A stretch of DNA of 63,061 nucleotides from Enterococcaceae bacterium (GTDB lineage: Bacteria; Bacillota; Bacilli; Lactobacillales; Catellicoccaceae), in contig JASLFJ010000029.1 in the NCBI GenBank assembly GCA_030150665.1, positions 1 to 63,061 of the forward strand. The letters are read 5' to 3'. A model generated the notes under the pieces. It saw only the letters and a list, made by a program, of their open reading frames with translations, ran no database searches and was not told where the DNA came from. This document shows, piece by piece, positions 23,329 to 33,209 of the stretch. Position numbers and translations under genes: made by a program. The first letter of the stretch is position 1, and each line of letters starts with the position of its first letter.

Positions 23329-23799
23329 TTACCAACGATAATGCGCAAATGCACGGTTTGCATCAGCCATTTTATGTGTATCTTCGCGTTTTTTAACAGA
23401 AGCTCCTGTGTTGTTAGCAGCATCCATAATTTCTTTTGCTAAACGCTCTTCCATTGTATGCTCTCCACGTAAACGTGCATAGCTTACAATCCAGCGTAAT
23501 CCTAAAGTGGTACGACGCTCAGGACGTACTTCTACAGGGACTTGGTAGTTTGACCCACCAACACGGCGTGCTTTAACTTCAAGAACAGGCATAACATTTT
23601 CCATTGCTTGTTCAAATACTTCAAGAGGATCTGTACCTGTCTTCTCTTGAATAATGTCAAAAGCATTATAAATTATTTTTGATGCGATTCCACGTTTTCC
23701 ATCAATCATCACCTGATTAATTAAACGTGTAACTAGTTTGGAATTATAAATCGGATCTGGTAAAACATCACGTTTTGCAACAGGACCTTTACGAGGCAT
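23329..23799 (-). CDS. rpsG: 30S ribosomal protein S7
   Basis: [28 protein letters not shown]. The start is trimmed to ATG 23799. Confidence 0.98.
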   Translation of the reverse strand: MPRKGPVAKRDVLPDPIYNSKLVTRLINQVMIDGKRGIASKIIYNAFDIIQEKTGTDPLEVFEQAMENVMPVLEVKARRVGGSNYQVPVEVRPERRTTLGLRWIVSYARLRGEHTMEERLAKEIMDAANNTGASVKKREDTHKMADANRAFAHYRW

Positions 23800-23871
23800 C
23801 CAAACTCCTCCTTCCATCTTCTTAAATTTTTTATTTTTATTTTATAAAATACTTATTTTTGATGACAAAAA

Positions 23872-24285
23872 TTAACCTTTAGGTTTTTTTGTTCCGTATT
23901 TAGAACGGCTTTGTTTACGATCAACCACACCTGCTGTATCTAACGCACCACGAACAATATGGTAACGTACCCCTGGTAAGTCTTTTACACGTCCTCCACG
24001 GATTAATACAACACTGTGTTCTTGTAAGTTATGCCCAATCCCTGGGATATAAGCAGTAACCTCAATTAAGTTTGATAAACGAACACGCGCATATTTACGT
24101 AACGCTGAGTTCGGTTTTTTCGGTGTCATTGTTCCAACACGTGTACAAACACCACGTTTTTGAGGAGCATGCACATTTGTTTGTGTCTTTTTAAAGCTAT
24201 TATACCCTTTATTTAAAGCAGGGGAATTTGATTTCGTTGTTTTTGATTTACGAGGTTTGCGTACTAATTGATTAATTGTAGGCAT
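23872..24285 (-). CDS. rpsL: 30S ribosomal protein S12
   Basis: [15 protein letters not shown]...[11 protein letters not shown] possible promoter (TTGACA, 17-nt spacer, TATCCT) overlaps the trmB stop at about 24442-24470. Confidence 0.98.
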   Translation of the reverse strand: MPTINQLVRKPRKSKTTKSNSPALNKGYNSFKKTQTNVHAPQKRGVCTRVGTMTPKKPNSALRKYARVRLSNLIEVTAYIPGIGHNLQEHSVVLIRGGRVKDLPGVRYHIVRGALDTAGVVDRKQSRSKYGTKKPKG

Positions 24286-24465
24286 CTAAAGTTCCTCCTC
24301 CCTTTCTATTTCCTATTCTAGATCCACACATCCAGGCGAACCATTTTTATCATGAAAAAATATTGCAGCTATCTCTGCAATCATACTTGGCTTTATTGAC
24401 AGTCAGCACGTCTTTCGACCTGTTCTAAAGCACCTTAGTTAGGATATCATAGTTCCTCTATGCTG

Positions 24466-25116
24466 TCAACATTCTTCTTTAGGAAAATGTGTTTTAAGTC
24501 GGTAAATTCTTTGTCCTCTAGAAGAAAATTTTTCTTCATATTCTGTCATTACATTTTCTATATCTTCTAATCGATGTAAATCTAAAGAAACTTCATCTAA
24601 CATCCATCCTTGTTCTGATAGTGTCACTAAAGTATACTCAAATAGCCCTTGATTGTCTGTTTTCATATAAATTTGACACTCTGGTGCTAAAATTTCTTGA
24701 TAGGCAACTAAAAAATCAGGAGAAGTTAATCGACGTTTTTCATGTCTTTTTTTAGGCCATGGATCAGAAAAGTTAAGATAAATACGATCCACTTCACCTG
24801 CTGCAAAATACTGCGTTACAGCACGACCATCTGTATGAAGTAATTTTACATTCGGTAACTTTAATGTCTCTAACTTTTCAAGTACATGAATCAGTACACT
24901 TGCTTGAAGCTCGATCCCGATAAAATTAATCTCAGGATGTTTTTGGGCAAGTTCTGTAATAAATCGACCTTTACCTGTTCCTATTTCAATATGAATCGGC
25001 TGCTCTTTTACAAAAACAGATGGCCAACTCCCTTGAAACTGTTCTGGATTTTGTACAACATATGTTGTATTACTTTGCAGTTTCTCTAACGCTCCTGGCT
25101 TATTTCTTAAGCGCAT
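24466..25116 (-). CDS. trmB: tRNA (guanine46-N7)-methyltransferase
   Basis: IEIGTGKGRF, GIE...LHTDG and FSDPWPKKRHEKRRL motifs. Confidence 0.92.
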   Translation of the reverse strand: MRLRNKPGALEKLQSNTTYVVQNPEQFQGSWPSVFVKEQPIHIEIGTGKGRFITELAQKHPEINFIGIELQASVLIHVLEKLETLKLPNVKLLHTDGRAVTQYFAAGEVDRIYLNFSDPWPKKRHEKRRLTSPDFLVAYQEILAPECQIYMKTDNQGLFEYTLVTLSEQGWMLDEVSLDLHRLEDIENVMTEYEEKFSSRGQRIYRLKTHFPKEEC

Positions 25117-25287
25117 ATGAATTCCCTTCCTTTATATGAGATATATAACTTTATATCTAAGTTTCTGCTTTATTTTAACAAAAAGCCTGCTTTTTGTCAG
25201 AGATTTTTTAAAAAAGTTTTTCTTTGATCTAAAAAAGAAAAAAATCATGGTATAATAAAGCTACAAATAAAAAGGATGGTGAATCTC

Positions 25288-25449
25288 ATGACAACATTAA
25301 GAGACGGATTAAAAGAAAATCGTGAAAGCTTTGAACGTGAAGCTTATAAACATGCAGAAGAAAAAATAATTGATGAACGTGAAGCTCACGTTGCTGAAAA
25401 AAAATTAGAAAAGAAAGAAAAACGTGAAGAACGTGAACATAAAGGTTAA
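25288..25449 (+). CDS. Small (53 aa) highly charged Lys/Glu-rich protein. It is not in the ORF track because it is below the length cut-off
   Basis: ATG at 25288 lies 7 nt after AAGGATGGTG, and an extended -10 TGGTATAAT sits at 25248-25256. The translation is MTTLRDGLKENRESFEREAYKHAEEKIIDEREAHVAEKKLEKKEKREEREHKG. Confidence 0.55.
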   Translation: MTTLRDGLKENRESFEREAYKHAEEKIIDEREAHVAEKKLEKKEKREEREHKG

Positions 25450-25477
25450 TTTATTTTAAGTAAGAAGGTGCATATTC

Positions 25478-26062
25478 ATGTTAACAATGAAAGATATCGT
25501 ACGCGAAGGCCATCCTCAACTTAGAAAAACAGCTCAACTGCTAACAACACCTCTTTCCAAAGAAGATCAAGAACTGGCTGAGCAGATGATGGAGTTTTTA
25601 AAAAATAGTCAAGATGAACAACTCGCAGAGCAATATGACTTAAGACCTGGCGTAGGCCTTGCAGCACCACAATTAGGTTTAGATAAACAAATGATTGCAG
25701 TCCATATTCCAAATGTAAAACAGCACCCAGAACATCCTGATCAGTTAGAAGAGTATATTTCATTGAGTGAAGTACTGATTAACCCTAAAATTATTCGGGA
25801 ATCGCTTCAAAAAGTATGTTTACCTGATGGTGAAGGGTGTCTTTCTGTAGACCGAGAAGTTCCTGGTTATGTCCCAAGAGCTGCGCGAATTAAAGTAAGA
25901 TATACAGATATTGACGGCAAAGAACACGAACGACAATTTAAAGATTATGAGGCAATCGTGTTACAACATGAAATTGATCATTTAAATGGTATCCTTTTTT
26001 ATGATCATATTCACGAATCTGCTCCTTGGACTGTACCTGATGGAGTCACTGTGTTGCAATAA
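25478..26062 (+). CDS. def: Peptide deformylase
   Basis: GVGLAAPQ, EGCLS and QHEIDHLNG motifs. Confidence 0.95.
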   Translation: MLTMKDIVREGHPQLRKTAQLLTTPLSKEDQELAEQMMEFLKNSQDEQLAEQYDLRPGVGLAAPQLGLDKQMIAVHIPNVKQHPEHPDQLEEYISLSEVLINPKIIRESLQKVCLPDGEGCLSVDREVPGYVPRAARIKVRYTDIDGKEHERQFKDYEAIVLQHEIDHLNGILFYDHIHESAPWTVPDGVTVLQ

Positions 26063-26100
26063 TACACACCCATAAAACAGCAGTAAAACAACAATATAAA

Positions 26101-26147
26101 AACAGACATGATACTTTAACTCGCTAAAGTATCATGTCTGTTTTTTG
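26101..26147. terminator. Bidirectional rho-independent terminator (def and histidine kinase converge here)
   Basis: Perfect 18-bp stem AACAGACATGATACTTTA/TAAAGTATCATGTCTGTT with a 6-nt loop. It is flanked by an A-run upstream and a T-run downstream. Confidence 0.9.
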
Positions 26148-26252
26148 TTGCACGTTGTCATTTACATATAACTCACAGACGAATAGAACTCCTATCACTG
26201 ATCATAACCACTAGCCTAAAGAGAAAAAGGAAGTATCAATATCTCTAACCTG

Positions 26253-27716
26253 CTATAAAGACTCCTGACTTTTTCTTTCACCTGGAAAAAAGAGAGAAAA
26301 TGTAGTTCCTTCTCCTAATTGACTGTCTACAGAAATAGTACCTTGATGCAGTTTAACGAGTTGTTGCACAATCGCTAAACCTAGTCCAGATTCACCATAT
26401 TTTGTATTTTTTCGTGATGGATCGACTTTATAATAACGATCCCAAATATTTTTCATCTGCTCTTCTGTCATTCCAATTCCTGTATCCGAAATTTGAATAC
26501 ATGTGCCATACTGCACATCATCCCATGTCAAATAAAGATCAATCTTGCCTTGCTCTGTAAATTGGATCGCATTTTGAACAATATTTACAATAATTTGCAC
26601 AAAACGATCATAATCCGCATAAACTTGAACCGATTGTTCTTGATGAAGTGTTAATTGATTGCCCTCAGCCTCTGCTTTATTTTCTAATTGATGCACAATC
26701 ATACGCAGTGCATCTGTTGCATCAAACCAATACTTATGCATGGAAATTTGATGAGTTCTAATCTTTTCATAATCTAAATTCTCATTGACTAATCGAATAA
26801 GCCGCTTTGTCTCATCTTGCATCAATTGAATACATTTTTCTTGTTGATCTTCAGGTATCGCTTGATAAGCTAAGCCTTCTAAAAGTCCATTAATTGTTGT
26901 TAACGGCGTACGCATCTCATGGGCTGCATCAGCCATAAATTGCTTTCTTCTTTCTTCTTGTCGCTTAATTTCTAATTCATATTCTTTTAGCGATTGGGCC
27001 ATTTGATTAAAATCTGCAGCAAGCTCTCCTAACTCATCTCGCGTTTGACTGTCTACATAAACATCAAACTTTCCTGACGCAATTTCTTTTGTAGCACGGC
27101 GCATTTTATTAATTCTGCCCACTTGAAATCGTGCGAGTAAATAACTCAGGATTAACGAAACTAAAATCGCAAAAACAGCTGCTTTCATAAAATCTTTAAG
27201 CAACATTTCAATACTAGCATCAATATAACTTACAGGCTGTAATACAACTAATACCCCATCAAATTCACGATATGCAGGAGAAGTATAATCTGCTTTTGAG
27301 CGCATTAACGGATAAAATACGGTTGCAACAGACACCTCTTGATCTTCTTTTAAGTTAAACTTTTGTAAAATTTTAATCACTTTTCCTGAATGCAGTTGTT
27401 CCCAAAGATCTTTAGAAATTGAGAAATCGATTGCCACATCTTGTGGATATTTAATTTCATACTGAGCATCAATATATATAAAAGATACATCTTGTTGACT
27501 TAATACAGCTTGAGTAATCGGTAAAATGCGTTCTAATTCATGATCATTATTATAAATACTATTTTGTTCAATAGACTTTGCATAATTAATCATCTGATCA
27601 TAAGCAGTTTCTTGCAATGTTTGTTTAGTAAATTGCACAAAAGTTACACTCGCAAGAATAATCATCATCAGGATTACAGCACCAAAAGCAATCATTTGTT
27701 GCCATAAATATTTCAT
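26253..27716 (-). CDS. Sensor histidine kinase (2 TM, extracytoplasmic domain, HAMP, HisKA, HATPase_c)
   Basis: H-box AAHEMRTPLT, N-box NIVQNAIQFT and G-boxes DTGIGM / GLGLAIV. Confidence 0.88.
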   Translation of the reverse strand: MKYLWQQMIAFGAVILMMIILASVTFVQFTKQTLQETAYDQMINYAKSIEQNSIYNNDHELERILPITQAVLSQQDVSFIYIDAQYEIKYPQDVAIDFSISKDLWEQLHSGKVIKILQKFNLKEDQEVSVATVFYPLMRSKADYTSPAYREFDGVLVVLQPVSYIDASIEMLLKDFMKAAVFAILVSLILSYLLARFQVGRINKMRRATKEIASGKFDVYVDSQTRDELGELAADFNQMAQSLKEYELEIKRQEERRKQFMADAAHEMRTPLTTINGLLEGLAYQAIPEDQQEKCIQLMQDETKRLIRLVNENLDYEKIRTHQISMHKYWFDATDALRMIVHQLENKAEAEGNQLTLHQEQSVQVYADYDRFVQIIVNIVQNAIQFTEQGKIDLYLTWDDVQYGTCIQISDTGIGMTEEQMKNIWDRYYKVDPSRKNTKYGESGLGLAIVQQLVKLHQGTISVDSQLGEGTTFSLFFPGERKSQESL

Positions 27717-28426
27717 ACTTTAACTCCTGAATCATCAAATTTATACCCAACACCCCAGACCGTTTGAATCACTTCAGGACCGATATCATCAAGTTTTTGC
27801 CGTAATTTTTTAATATGAGCATCAACAGTTCGTTCATCTCCAAAATACTGATATTCCCAGACTAACTCTAATAATTTTTCTCGAGAAAAAACTTGTTTAG
27901 GATGACTGGCTAATACGTATAGTAAATCAAACTCTTTTGGTGTTAATCCTAAAATAGGTACTCCATTAAACGTAACTTCTCTTGTTGTCAAGTTCATATA
28001 AAAATACTTGGTTTTAATATCTTCTTGTTGATCTATATGATTTGCGGTCAGATCTTCTTGATGTGTACGGCGATATAGCGCCTTCATTCTAGCAATTAAT
28101 GTTAACGGACTAAAGGGTTTAGTCACATAATCATCTGCTCCCATCTCTAACCCGATCACTTGATCACTTTCTGAATCTCTTGCCGTTAACATAATAATAG
28201 GCACTTTACTCGATACTTTTCTAATTTCCCGACAAACCGAGACACCATCTAAGCCTGGAAGATTCAAATCTAAAGTAATCATATCCCAGTAATCTGGTTG
28301 TGCTAAAAAAGCATCTAATCCTTCTTTACCATCATCTTTAAATGTAGCTTCCCAGGATTCATTTAAAAAAAACATCTGCATCATTTCTGATACAGATTTA
28401 TTGTCTTCAATCATTAAAATACGCAT
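27713..28426 (-). CDS. OmpR/PhoB-family response regulator
   Basis: Receiver domain (MIEDN...ITLDLNLPGLDG...KP) and a winged-helix C-terminus (TVWGVGYKF). The start is set to ATG 28426 behind AAAGGAGG, and the gene overlaps the kinase gene by 4 nt. Confidence 0.9.
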   Translation of the reverse strand: MRILMIEDNKSVSEMMQMFFLNESWEATFKDDGKEGLDAFLAQPDYWDMITLDLNLPGLDGVSVCREIRKVSSKVPIIMLTARDSESDQVIGLEMGADDYVTKPFSPLTLIARMKALYRRTHQEDLTANHIDQQEDIKTKYFYMNLTTREVTFNGVPILGLTPKEFDLLYVLASHPKQVFSREKLLELVWEYQYFGDERTVDAHIKKLRQKLDDIGPEVIQTVWGVGYKFDDSGVKV

Positions 28427-28456
28427 GAAAATCCTCCTTTTATTATACAACTATGA

Positions 28457-29476
28457 TCAATCATGATTAAGGGGACGTGTACTTTCTTTTTCTGTCATAC
28501 TATAAGGTAAAATAACCGTGTGTTCCTCAATTTCTTCTTGATGCATTAATTTCGTTAAAAGACGCATTGAAACAGCACCAATATCATATAAGGGTTGTTT
28601 AATAGACGTTAATTGAGGTCTAGAAATTTGCGTTAATAATGTATGATTACTAGTAATAATTTGAACACGTTCAGGAACTAAGACACCTCTGTCAGTTAAG
28701 CCGTTTAATACACCAACTGCAATTAAATCATCAGACACATAAATACCATCAACACATTGATCTAACAAAGATTTAGATAATGCTTCACCTGCATGATAGG
28801 TTGGATCAACGGCATAAATTAACGTCTCATCATAAGGAATATGATATTCTTTTAGCGCTCGCTGATAACCTAAAAGACGATATATGCCATTAATAGGATC
28901 TGATAAAGGGCCTGAAACAAAGGCAATTTGCTTACTGCCTGTTTCTAAAAGACGTTTCACAGCATAATAGGTTGCTTCTTCATAATCAATATTAACCGAT
29001 GGAAACATACCTTCAGGGTCAACAGTTCCTGCTAAAACAACAGGAGTTCTCGTTCTTTTTAGCTCTTGTCTTATAGCATCACTTAAAACATAGCCCATAT
29101 AAATTAATCCATCAACTTGCTTTGATAGTAATGTATTTAATACTTTTAACTCCTTCATCTGATTTTCATCAGAATTTGCTAAAATAATATTATATTTATA
29201 CATCGTTGCCACATCGTCAATGCCTCTTGCTAAAGAGGCAAAAAAGATATTGCTAACATCTGGAATAATCACACCTACGGTTGTTGTGCGTTTACTTGCA
29301 AGTCCTCTTGCAACGGCATTTGGACGGTAATCTAGACGCTCGATAACTTCTAGAACTTTTTTTCTTGTTGCAGGTTTTACATTGGGATTTCCATTCACAA
29401 CACGTGATACCGTAGCCATTGATACATTTGCCTCACGTGCAACATCATAAATTGTCACTGTTTGTTTTTCCATCAT
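28457..29476 (-). CDS. ccpA: Catabolite control protein A (LacI family)
   Basis: TIYDVAREANVSMATVSRVVNGNPNVKPATRKKVLEVIERLDYRPNAVARGLASKRTTTVGVIIPD is nearly identical to the B. subtilis CcpA N-terminus. The gene is divergent from pepQ, as in many Lactobacillales. Confidence 0.93.
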   Translation of the reverse strand: MMEKQTVTIYDVAREANVSMATVSRVVNGNPNVKPATRKKVLEVIERLDYRPNAVARGLASKRTTTVGVIIPDVSNIFFASLARGIDDVATMYKYNIILANSDENQMKELKVLNTLLSKQVDGLIYMGYVLSDAIRQELKRTRTPVVLAGTVDPEGMFPSVNIDYEEATYYAVKRLLETGSKQIAFVSGPLSDPINGIYRLLGYQRALKEYHIPYDETLIYAVDPTYHAGEALSKSLLDQCVDGIYVSDDLIAVGVLNGLTDRGVLVPERVQIITSNHTLLTQISRPQLTSIKQPLYDIGAVSMRLLTKLMHQEEIEEHTVILPYSMTEKESTRPLNHD

Positions 29477-29634
29477 TTATATTCTCTCCTTATGATCCTC
29501 GATCATCTTATTCTTTAAGGCTATCAAAAAAAAATTGACTTTGCAACCGTTTTAAAAAAACAACTTATCTCTTATAATATATTTAAAATATGATACAATA
29601 ATCATAATCTAAAAAGAAAGAAGGCATAAGACCT

Positions 29635-30741
29635 ATGTTAACCTCTATTTATCAGTGGATGGAAGATACACAGACGGATCTGATATATCTAGAACATCCA
29701 GAAACAATTGCTTATTTAACAGGCATTCACTGCCAACCCCATGAACGTTTTTTTGCACTTTTTATTCCAAAACAAGGCACCCCGGTTCTTGCACTGCCTG
29801 CTCTTGATTTAGGAGAAGCAAAACAACAAAATTGGAAAGGAATTTTAGTACCTTATCAAGATCATGAAAATCCATGGGATGAGATTCATCAACATCTCCT
29901 CATCAAAAAACAAACACCGATCCAGATAGCTATTGAAAAAAACCTTTTATCAGTAGCAAGTTATGATCACATACAACAACATTTTCATATCAAAACAACA
30001 CAAGATATTACACCATTTATCGAACACATCAAAGTCATCAAACACCCTGAAGAAATCAAATGGATGAAAGAAGCCGGACAATGGGCTGATTTAGCGATTG
30101 AAATAGGGTGTGCTACACTTAAAGAAGGTATTTCAGAACAAGAAGTGGTCGCAGAAATTGAGTATCAGCTAAAAAAACGTGGTATAAAATCAATGAGCTT
30201 TTCTACTATGGTTTTATTTGGTGATCATGCAGCAAATCCTCATGGTAAACCAGGTTCTAGAACATTAAAAAAAGGAGAGCTTGTTCTTTTTGATCTCGGT
30301 GTTATTTGGCATGGCTATTGTAGTGATATTACACGTACTGTTGCCTTTGATCCACCCTCTGAGCATCAACAACAGATTTATCATATTGTTCAAAAAGCAC
30401 AACAAGCTGCACAAGATGCTGTCAGACCCGGCATTAAAGCTTGTGAATTAGATAAAATTGCCAGAGATATCATTACTGAAGCAGGATACGGAGCATACTT
30501 TACCCACCGTTTAGGACATGGCATTGGTACAAGTGTTCATGAGTATCCTTCAATTAATGCTACCAATGAACTGATCTTAAAACCAGGGATGTGTTTTTCC
30601 ATTGAACCTGGCATCTATATTCCAGATGATGTCGGTGTACGTATTGAAGATTGCGTCGTCGTAACAGAGACAGGGTGCATCCCGTTTACAACAACATCTA
30701 AACAATTACACACCTACACAAATGATACAACAACGATATAA
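29635..30741 (+). CDS. pepQ: Xaa-Pro dipeptidase (M24B)
   Basis: The M24 metal ligand pattern (FDLGVIWHGYCSDITRT, HRLGHGIG, EPGIY, RIED). Confidence 0.88.
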   Translation: MLTSIYQWMEDTQTDLIYLEHPETIAYLTGIHCQPHERFFALFIPKQGTPVLALPALDLGEAKQQNWKGILVPYQDHENPWDEIHQHLLIKKQTPIQIAIEKNLLSVASYDHIQQHFHIKTTQDITPFIEHIKVIKHPEEIKWMKEAGQWADLAIEIGCATLKEGISEQEVVAEIEYQLKKRGIKSMSFSTMVLFGDHAANPHGKPGSRTLKKGELVLFDLGVIWHGYCSDITRTVAFDPPSEHQQQIYHIVQKAQQAAQDAVRPGIKACELDKIARDIITEAGYGAYFTHRLGHGIGTSVHEYPSINATNELILKPGMCFSIEPGIYIPDDVGVRIEDCVVVTETGCIPFTTTSKQLHTYTNDTTTI

Positions 30742-30743
30742 AA

Positions 30744-30774
30744 AAGGTTAAGCACTCATGCTTAACCTTTTTTA
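30744..30774. terminator. Bidirectional terminator between pepQ and the autolysin gene
   Basis: AAGGTTAAGCA-CTCA-TGCTTAACCTT, an 11-bp stem flanked by A- and T-runs. Confidence 0.85.
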
Positions 30775-30780
30775 TCATAT

Positions 30781-32493
30781 TTAAGGTTTTAATCGTAACC
30801 ATTGATTTGTTGCTAAAATCGTGTCATCTAATTTATTCCAGGCTTTAAGTTTAGAAACAGGAACTTTTGTTTTTTTAGAAATACTTTCTAACGTATCGCC
30901 TTCTTGAACTTTATAATAAGGAACATTGCCTTTTTGCATTGCTTTAGCTGAATACACTTTATCTTTTTTATATTTTTGATTCATCTGAACACGACGCATA
31001 TTTTTAGAAACATTTTTCCCAACACTTTGCACTTGATCTAATGCTTGTTGTTGAGTTTGTTCTAATTGTTTTTCTTGTTCTGTAAGCGCTGCTAGTGTCT
31101 CATAGGCATTTTCCTCTTGAGCTGCTGTATCTGCTTGTACTTCATTCACTTCAGGAGCTTCTTGTGGCTGCTCGCCTTCTGGAACTGCTTCTGCTGCTTG
31201 TTCTTCTTCTGTTCCTTCTTGTGACGTTTCGGTTTGCGTTATTTGATTTAATAAAACGTCTCTGCGAGATTTATTATGTTCTGAAAGTTTTGCTTCTTTT
31301 TCAGCAATCACTTCTTGAATAGACACCGGTTGTTCTTCAAACCCAACAATAAGTGTTTGCCCTTCATGTAGTACATGCGTATCTAAATGGTTCCAAACAA
31401 TTAAATCAGGAATACTTACTTCATTTACTTTTGCAATATCCCATAAAGTATCTTTAGCTTCAATCGTATAAAGCTTAGGTCGTTTGACTAAAACCGTATC
31501 ACTATCTGTTGGCGCTTGATCAAATCGTGTTAATTGATACGCCTCAATCAGTCCATTAAGTTTTAAATAATACTGAGTATCTGTCGCATAACGGCCTGTT
31601 AAAAAGCGTGTTGCATCTTCATAAGAAGTCGTTTGACTTTTCCAAGCTCCTTTATAAAATGCATTCGATCCATCAGTGCCACCTTTTAATAATTTAGCAT
31701 AATCTTCTAATGATTCTTTATAAGATGGGTACTTTCTAAAATAAGCTTGGATCCCATACATATTACCGCTACCATCATCTTCTAATGTCGCAAATTGAAC
31801 ATGTGCTCCCTCATAACTTCCTTTAATACCAAACAAATTATAGTTAGGTGCAGAAGCTAATTTACTATTTCCAGATGCACTTTCTAAAATCGCTTGTGCA
31901 ATCATTACTGAAGCGTAAAGATCATTATCCCAAGCCACTTTTTGTGCATCTTTACCAATTTTTTCAATAAATTCCTCTGTAGTTTGATTTTTAGTATAAT
32001 AAATCGGCTCAGCAGGTACCGTATCCACAATCGTTGGTGGAATAATCGGTGCACCTACTAAATTAGGAGGAATAATAGGTGTCTCTGAAACAGGAGGAGC
32101 AGCGGGTATATTGGGCACGTTCGGTTGTGCTGGGGGTGTTTCTACTGCTAATGGTGGTGGTGAAGTGACCTCATTTTCATGATTGTCTTCTACGGCTTGT
32201 CCAGGTTGATCAGAAGATTCTAAAGTATCATTTTCTAAGTCAATGCCTTCTTTTTTATGCTGATCAACAACAGGTAACGTACTTGTCCATTCATCTGTCG
32301 TTGTTTTTTGTTCTTTTGTTACAACATCATCCGTATCAGATTTTTTTTGCGAAGCTAAATCAGCAGCTAAAACAGGTTGTGCTACAGCAGGTGTCAATAA
32401 TCCGGTAATAAGCCCTAAACTTAAACTACGGTTAATCCAAAGTGGGTTAGGCTTATGATGTTGTTGATGATTTTTCTTTGGATGTTTATACAT
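30781..32493 (-). CDS. Secreted peptidoglycan hydrolase: GH73 N-acetylglucosaminidase domain plus two LysM domains
   Basis: Signal peptide, a Pro-rich linker and the GH73 core (VMIAQAILESASGNSKLASAPNYNLFGIKG). LysM1 is YTIEAKDTLWDIAKVNEVSIPDLIVWN, followed by a Q/E-rich linker, and LysM2 is YKVQEGDTLESISKKTKVPVSKLKAWN. The start is probably ATG 32493, whereas the ORF track uses GTG 32502. Confidence 0.88.
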   Translation of the reverse strand: MYKHPKKNHQQHHKPNPLWINRSLSLGLITGLLTPAVAQPVLAADLASQKKSDTDDVVTKEQKTTTDEWTSTLPVVDQHKKEGIDLENDTLESSDQPGQAVEDNHENEVTSPPPLAVETPPAQPNVPNIPAAPPVSETPIIPPNLVGAPIIPPTIVDTVPAEPIYYTKNQTTEEFIEKIGKDAQKVAWDNDLYASVMIAQAILESASGNSKLASAPNYNLFGIKGSYEGAHVQFATLEDDGSGNMYGIQAYFRKYPSYKESLEDYAKLLKGGTDGSNAFYKGAWKSQTTSYEDATRFLTGRYATDTQYYLKLNGLIEAYQLTRFDQAPTDSDTVLVKRPKLYTIEAKDTLWDIAKVNEVSIPDLIVWNHLDTHVLHEGQTLIVGFEEQPVSIQEVIAEKEAKLSEHNKSRRDVLLNQITQTETSQEGTEEEQAAEAVPEGEQPQEAPEVNEVQADTAAQEENAYETLAALTEQEKQLEQTQQQALDQVQSVGKNVSKNMRRVQMNQKYKKDKVYSAKAMQKGNVPYYKVQEGDTLESISKKTKVPVSKLKAWNKLDDTILATNQWLRLKP

Positions 32494-32532
32494 AGTACTC
32501 ACCTCATCCTTCCATTCATATCTATATTCCGA

Positions 32533-33012
32533 TTAATTTTGTAATTCTGTATCTTGAGTTAGCTGCTCTAAATTAGATAACATTTCACCAAATAAACGGT
32601 CAGATTCTTTTTGAGTCTCTTGTACTTGACGATAATAAATACGTGCTTCACGCATGACCATATCTAATTCTAACTCTGTTTTTGCAAGCATTGCTCGTGC
32701 TTCTTGCACTTCAAATTTCGCACTTTCTGTCATCTCTTGTGCTTTACGCTGTGCTTCTAACATAACTTCTGCAATCATTTCTTTAGAAATTGCATTTGCT
32801 TCTTCTTGAGCTTTTAACCTTGCTTCTAACTCAGTCACTGATGCTTTTAATGCTTCATTTTCTTGAGTTACTGTTTGCATATTACCTTCAGCATCTGCTA
32901 ACATATCTATTTTAGCTAAAGCTTCTGTTAACTTTTGTTCTGTAGATAATAATTTATTTTCAAGCTCTTTATTTTTAATTGTTAATTCCTGAATACGTTC
33001 TTGTTCTGACAT
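32533..33012 (-). CDS. Coiled-coil protein of unknown function, co-oriented 30 nt upstream of the autolysin gene
   Basis: 159 aa with an almost entirely heptad-like E/K/Q/L-rich sequence and no TM segment or signal peptide. Confidence 0.6.
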   Translation of the reverse strand: MSEQERIQELTIKNKELENKLLSTEQKLTEALAKIDMLADAEGNMQTVTQENEALKASVTELEARLKAQEEANAISKEMIAEVMLEAQRKAQEMTESAKFEVQEARAMLAKTELELDMVMREARIYYRQVQETQKESDRLFGEMLSNLEQLTQDTELQN

Positions 33013-33209
33013 TCTAGGGTAAGCCTCCTTAAGTAACTATATTAATAAAATATATAACAAAAAATTAAAACTACATAGTATCTCTATAATAGTATACGTA
33101 AATTATACATACTTGTAAAGATTTCATCTATTTTTATGATGAAAATCCCTAATATTTTTTATAAAATAACATGTTATAATAAACACCATAAACAAAAGGA
33201 GTGAGCACA

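Noticed and set aside
26211-26221. The 11-mer CTAGCCTAAAG is shared between the IS end hairpin (980-990) and the region downstream of the histidine kinase gene
   Set aside because: The match is only 11 nt, the second site has no complementary arm to form the hairpin, and there are no flanking IS-like sequences. It is too short to call a second IS end.
29541-29554. cre-like sequence TGCAACCGTTTTAA in the ccpA-pepQ intergenic region
   Set aside because: It has two mismatches to the TGWAANCGNTNWCA consensus, including the conserved distal C. It is plausible given the known ccpA/pepQ cre sites in other Lactobacillales, but the sequence alone does not support a call.
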